Of a stretch of DNA of 36,712 nt, positions 33,585 through 36,712 are shown piece by piece. Each line of letters begins with the position of its first letter. The first letter of the stretch is position 1. The notes under the pieces were generated by a model that saw only the letters and a program-made list of their open reading frames with translations, made no database searches and was not told where the DNA came from. Position numbers and translations under genes: made by a program. The stretch is from a virus (lineage: Duplodnaviria; Caudoviricetes): IMG/VR virus record IMGVR_UViG_3300020045_001971, positions 1 through 36,712 of that record. One strand, written 5' to 3'.

Positions 33585-34451
33585 GTGTCGATCCTGCTGC
33601 TTTTCCAAAACAGCGGGGGCGGCGGTCCTGTCACGCACGACACATCTGGTGTTCTGACCGGCCCTGGCTCCGCTATTGTTGGCGCGGCCACTAACTTCAC
33701 GGTTCACAGCACAAGCGGCGCGCTGACAGGACAAATCGGCAGTGTTGTCGGCTCTGCTGCCCGTGCTGGTGGCGCTGTTACGCACGCTACTACCGGAACC
33801 CTTACGGGCCAAGGATCTAGCATTGTCGGCGCTGCAAGCAACTTTACGCCTCATGCGACATCTGGCACGCTGACCGGCCAAGGCTCGACCGTTGCAGGTG
33901 CTGCCGCACGCACTCGCGTCCATCCTTCGTCTGGTGTGCTGGCTGGGCCTGGATCGTCGGTGGTGGGTGCTGCGTCCAACTTCACCCCGCACAGCACATC
34001 CGGGGCGTTGGTCGGCTCTGGCTCTGTTATTGACGGTGCCGCGTCTAGGTCAAGTGGCGCGGTAAGCCACGACACCTCTGGTGTTTTGGTTGGCGATGGC
34101 TCGGCTATCTCTGGGCAGGCTGAAATTGGCTCTGAACCACCGATAACGGGGGGTCACTACGGCGCATGGTGGGCAAAGAAGTATCGGGAAATGTGGGAGT
34201 GCGGCACGAAAAAGCCGAATCTCACAGAGGTTATTGCGTCGGTCAAGGAATCTCCGGTTGCAGCAATTGAGTCCGTTCCTGAGTTGCTGGAAAAGGTAGA
34301 GGAAAAGTTTCCTGACATTGACTATTCGCAGGCGTACAATAACGCACGGCTTATGGACTACGTCGCGCAGCAATTGATGTTGCACTTGGAATCCATCCAG
34401 CATGAGCGCGAACTAGAGGACGAGGACGAGTCAATCCTCCTCTTGATGTAA
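33585..34451 (+). CDS. Repeat-containing putative head fibre protein
   Basis: Seven 23-26-aa repeats HxTSGxLxGxGSxxxGxA; acidic EDEDESILLLM end; GTG start after GGAG. Confidence 0.7.
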   Translation: MSILLLFQNSGGGGPVTHDTSGVLTGPGSAIVGAATNFTVHSTSGALTGQIGSVVGSAARAGGAVTHATTGTLTGQGSSIVGAASNFTPHATSGTLTGQGSTVAGAAARTRVHPSSGVLAGPGSSVVGAASNFTPHSTSGALVGSGSVIDGAASRSSGAVSHDTSGVLVGDGSAISGQAEIGSEPPITGGHYGAWWAKKYREMWECGTKKPNLTEVIASVKESPVAAIESVPELLEKVEEKFPDIDYSQAYNNARLMDYVAQQLMLHLESIQHERELEDEDESILLLM

Positions 34452-35026
34452 TGCCCTACTCTCAACTAATGAACGTCACCTCTGATCTTGGATCGGGGTT
34501 TGACCGTGTGCGGGTTGACCCTGGGCAGACTGGATTTTTTGAGGGGCGCGAGTTCCGCAGCTACTTTGAGTTTTCGACGGAAGCGTCTACCGCATTGGCT
34601 GTGGGCGCTACGCGAGACTTTAAGTTTGTGTCGCCGGTTGACTTTATCTTGCAAAGCCAAGTGCTTGAACTAGACACGGGCGGCGTGAGAATCCAAGCGT
34701 TTATTGGAGCTACCGATGGCGGTGGTTGGTCAACCGTTCCTGTTATTGCCAAGAATCGATCACCAGCCCGTCGAGAGTTTCCAACAGGTTATTACGTTGG
34801 GCAAGCGACTTTCTTGACGGGTGGCACTTTCTCTGGCGGTACGCAAGTTGACGTATTGCGTGGCAGAACTGCGTCACAATCGGTGGCTGCGGTAAACGTA
34901 GATGCTTCCCAAGATGCAACACGTTATTTGCCCGCCGGGACGTATTTCCTTAGAATGCAGCCGCTTGTCGGAGTTAACGACACCTCGCAAGGCATTTACT
35001 CTATTTCATGGGAAGAGCGACTCTAA
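34451..35026 (+). CDS. Hypothetical (probable virion) protein
   Basis: 191 aa; RVRVDPGQTGFFEGREFR, LPAGTYF, WEER. Confidence 0.7.
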   Translation: MPYSQLMNVTSDLGSGFDRVRVDPGQTGFFEGREFRSYFEFSTEASTALAVGATRDFKFVSPVDFILQSQVLELDTGGVRIQAFIGATDGGGWSTVPVIAKNRSPARREFPTGYYVGQATFLTGGTFSGGTQVDVLRGRTASQSVAAVNVDASQDATRYLPAGTYFLRMQPLVGVNDTSQGIYSISWEERL

Positions 35027-35325
35027 TGGCCCGTCAACGCTTTATCCAAGACCCAAAGACCCATAAGCTGATTCCCGCTGAGGAATGGTACGACTCGCAA
35101 GAGCCTGCCGCGCCTTACGTCATTCCCGACATTCAGCCTTATCAATCCATGCAAACGGGCGAGATGATTACGTCCCGCTCTCAGCATCGTGCGCATCTCC
35201 GACAGCATGGGTTGATCGAAATTGGGAATGAGGTGAAAGCGGCAATGACGCAACACCGCCCCAAAGACGACCGGGAAGGCCGACGCCGTGCCATCGCTGA
35301 GGTTTTGTCGGCTAAGGGGTACTGA
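35026..35325 (+). CDS. Conserved phage protein upstream of scaffold
   Basis: 99 aa; PDIQPYQSMQTGEMITSRSQHRAHLRQHGLIEIGNE. Confidence 0.75.
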   Translation: MARQRFIQDPKTHKLIPAEEWYDSQEPAAPYVIPDIQPYQSMQTGEMITSRSQHRAHLRQHGLIEIGNEVKAAMTQHRPKDDREGRRRAIAEVLSAKGY

Positions 35326-35804
35326 TGAATCTTGATCTGTCTATTTTTCTCCAGGTGCTTGATTACAATCAGGAGACTGGTCGTTTTACATGGAAGATAG
35401 CGCCAAGGCCTTGTATCAAGGCAGGAGATCAAGCTGGAACCGTAAACAGCAAAGGCTATAGGCTGATTAAGTTTCAGGGCAAGCACATATTGGCGCACCG
35501 GCTTGCATGGTATTTTGTTCATGGCCGGTTGCCAGTAGATCAGTTAGATCATATTGATTGCAATAGAGACAACAACAGCATAAAAAATCTTAGAGAATGC
35601 AATAATGCGCAGAACGCTCAGAGATCGTCTGTTGGGAAAACAAACAAGACAGGCCATCGCGGTGTTTATCTTGTGTATAAAAGCAAAAGTTACCAAGCGC
35701 GTATTTCTTACAACAACAAGCGCAAAAATCTAGGGTGTTATCAAAGTTTTGATGAGGCCGTAGAAGTGTATGAACTCGCTAGGCAGCTTGTTCATTTTCA
35801 GTAA
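35325..35804 (+). CDS. HNH-AP2 homing endonuclease
   Basis: YNQETGRFTW, AHRLAW, LDHIDCNRDNNSIKNLR, TGHRGVY..YQARI; AT-rich. Confidence 0.9.
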   Translation: MNLDLSIFLQVLDYNQETGRFTWKIAPRPCIKAGDQAGTVNSKGYRLIKFQGKHILAHRLAWYFVHGRLPVDQLDHIDCNRDNNSIKNLRECNNAQNAQRSSVGKTNKTGHRGVYLVYKSKSYQARISYNNKRKNLGCYQSFDEAVEVYELARQLVHFQ

Positions 35805-35825
35805 CCTAGATGAGAAAACCTCACT

Positions 35826-36712
35826 ATGCCGAGTCTCCGCGAAGCCCTTGAAGGCGCATTTGAAGAAGATACACAGACTGAGGTAGTCGATACCCCATCT
35901 GTAGAGCCTGTAGAGGCTCCAGAGCCGTCTAGCGGCCCCGCCCGTGATGCTTCGGGCAAGTTCGCGCCCAAGTCTGAGGAAGTGCAGCCTACAGAGGCTC
36001 CCCAGCCTGAAGAAGCCCCGCCGCCTCGCCGCGCCCCCTCAAGCTGGAAGCCTGCTGCACAAGAAGCCTTCTTGAAGGCAGATCGAGGCGAACCGCTGAC
36101 CAGCGAGGAAATCAAACTACTCACGGCAGAAGCTGAACGCCGTGAATCTGACTTCCACAAGGGTGTGTCCGAGTTCAAGTCGCATTCGGAGCGGGCCAAG
36201 GCATACGACAACGCCATTGCCCCATTCCAGCAGCATCTCCAACGCTTGGGAGTTGATGCGCCGACCGCAATTCAGGCCCTGATGCGTGCTGATGTGACAT
36301 TGCGCACATCCGACCCGGCAACCAAGGCTCAGTATTTCCAGCAACTGGCGCGGGAATATGGGATTGATCTGGGCCAAGTGCAAAACATGCCTGCACCTGA
36401 CCCGCAAGCACAATATTTGATGCAGCAGATGCATGAGTTGCGCCAACAGCAACAAATGTGGCAAAATCAAATTGCCCAGCAGGAGCAAATGAGAGCGCAA
36501 CAAGAGTTGCAATCGTTTTCTTCTAATGGCAAACCGCACTTTGATGCCGTGCGGAACGATATGGCAGACTTGCTGGAAACCGGCAAAGCCACATCGTTAG
36601 AACAGGCATACGAAATGGCTGTATGGATGCGTGCAGACACTAGGCAAACCCTGTTGGAACAGCAACGCGCAGAGGCTCAGAAGGTAGCACAGGCTCACAA
36701 TCATGCACAGCG
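35826..36712 (+). CDS. Capsid scaffolding protein, N-terminal part (332 aa once joined to 122-233)
   Basis: MPSLREALEGAF..RDASGKFA..APSSWK, Q-rich coiled coil; open to the window end. Confidence 0.8.
   Translation, partial: MPSLREALEGAFEEDTQTEVVDTPSVEPVEAPEPSSGPARDASGKFAPKSEEVQPTEAPQPEEAPPPRRAPSSWKPAAQEAFLKADRGEPLTSEEIKLLTAEAERRESDFHKGVSEFKSHSERAKAYDNAIAPFQQHLQRLGVDAPTAIQALMRADVTLRTSDPATKAQYFQQLAREYGIDLGQVQNMPAPDPQAQYLMQQMHELRQQQQMWQNQIAQQEQMRAQQELQSFSSNGKPHFDAVRNDMADLLETGKATSLEQAYEMAVWMRADTRQTLLEQQRAEAQKVAQAHNHAQ
36592..36712. repeat. Terminal direct repeat (copy 2)
   Basis: Identical to 1-121. Confidence 0.95.

Noticed and set aside
22551-35804. Group I introns housing the HNH genes
   Set aside because: HNH ORFs abut intact flanking genes, leaving no room for intron core sequence
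36592-36712. 121-bp terminal repeat as a biological DTR
   Set aside because: Falls mid-gene with an exact k-mer-like length; more simply an assembler circular overlap

Overview
The window is an apparently complete, circularly permuted ~36.6-kb tailed dsDNA phage genome. Bases 1-121 are identical to 36592-36712, giving a unit length of 36,591 bp. The late module is podovirus-type: terS, terL, a LamG protein, a long P22-like portal, putative head-fibre genes, scaffold (split by the window ends), major capsid, decoration proteins, adaptor, nozzle, GNAT, three ejection proteins, tail fibre plus Gly-rich tip, and a lysis cassette. A leftward operon of small mosaic genes (NrdR-like Zn ribbon, DUF551-like, Lar-like, MazG-like) faces away from a rightward recombination operon (ERF, SSB-like, NinG). 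Three AT-rich HNH-AP2 endonucleases are present. I recognise no integrase, repressor, polymerase, primase or helicase. A Burkholderiales host is inferred from small-gene families only. The most unusual items are: (1) a ~700-bp gene-free, highly structured locus with its own sigma70 promoter and a c4/P4-CI-like two-site antisense architecture, next to a stand-alone replication-initiator C-terminal domain, a candidate RNA-controlled origin; (2) four copies of a 20-bp box at fixed spacing from -10-like hexamers; (3) an ART-PolyVal-like ADP-ribosyltransferase inside the lysis cassette; (4) an HNH that duplicates and recodes the N-terminus of its neighbour; (5) short direct repeats bracketing genes and domains; (6) several micro-ORFs and a pseudoknotted RNA missed by the ORF track. 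All family assignments are by motif recognition, without database searches.
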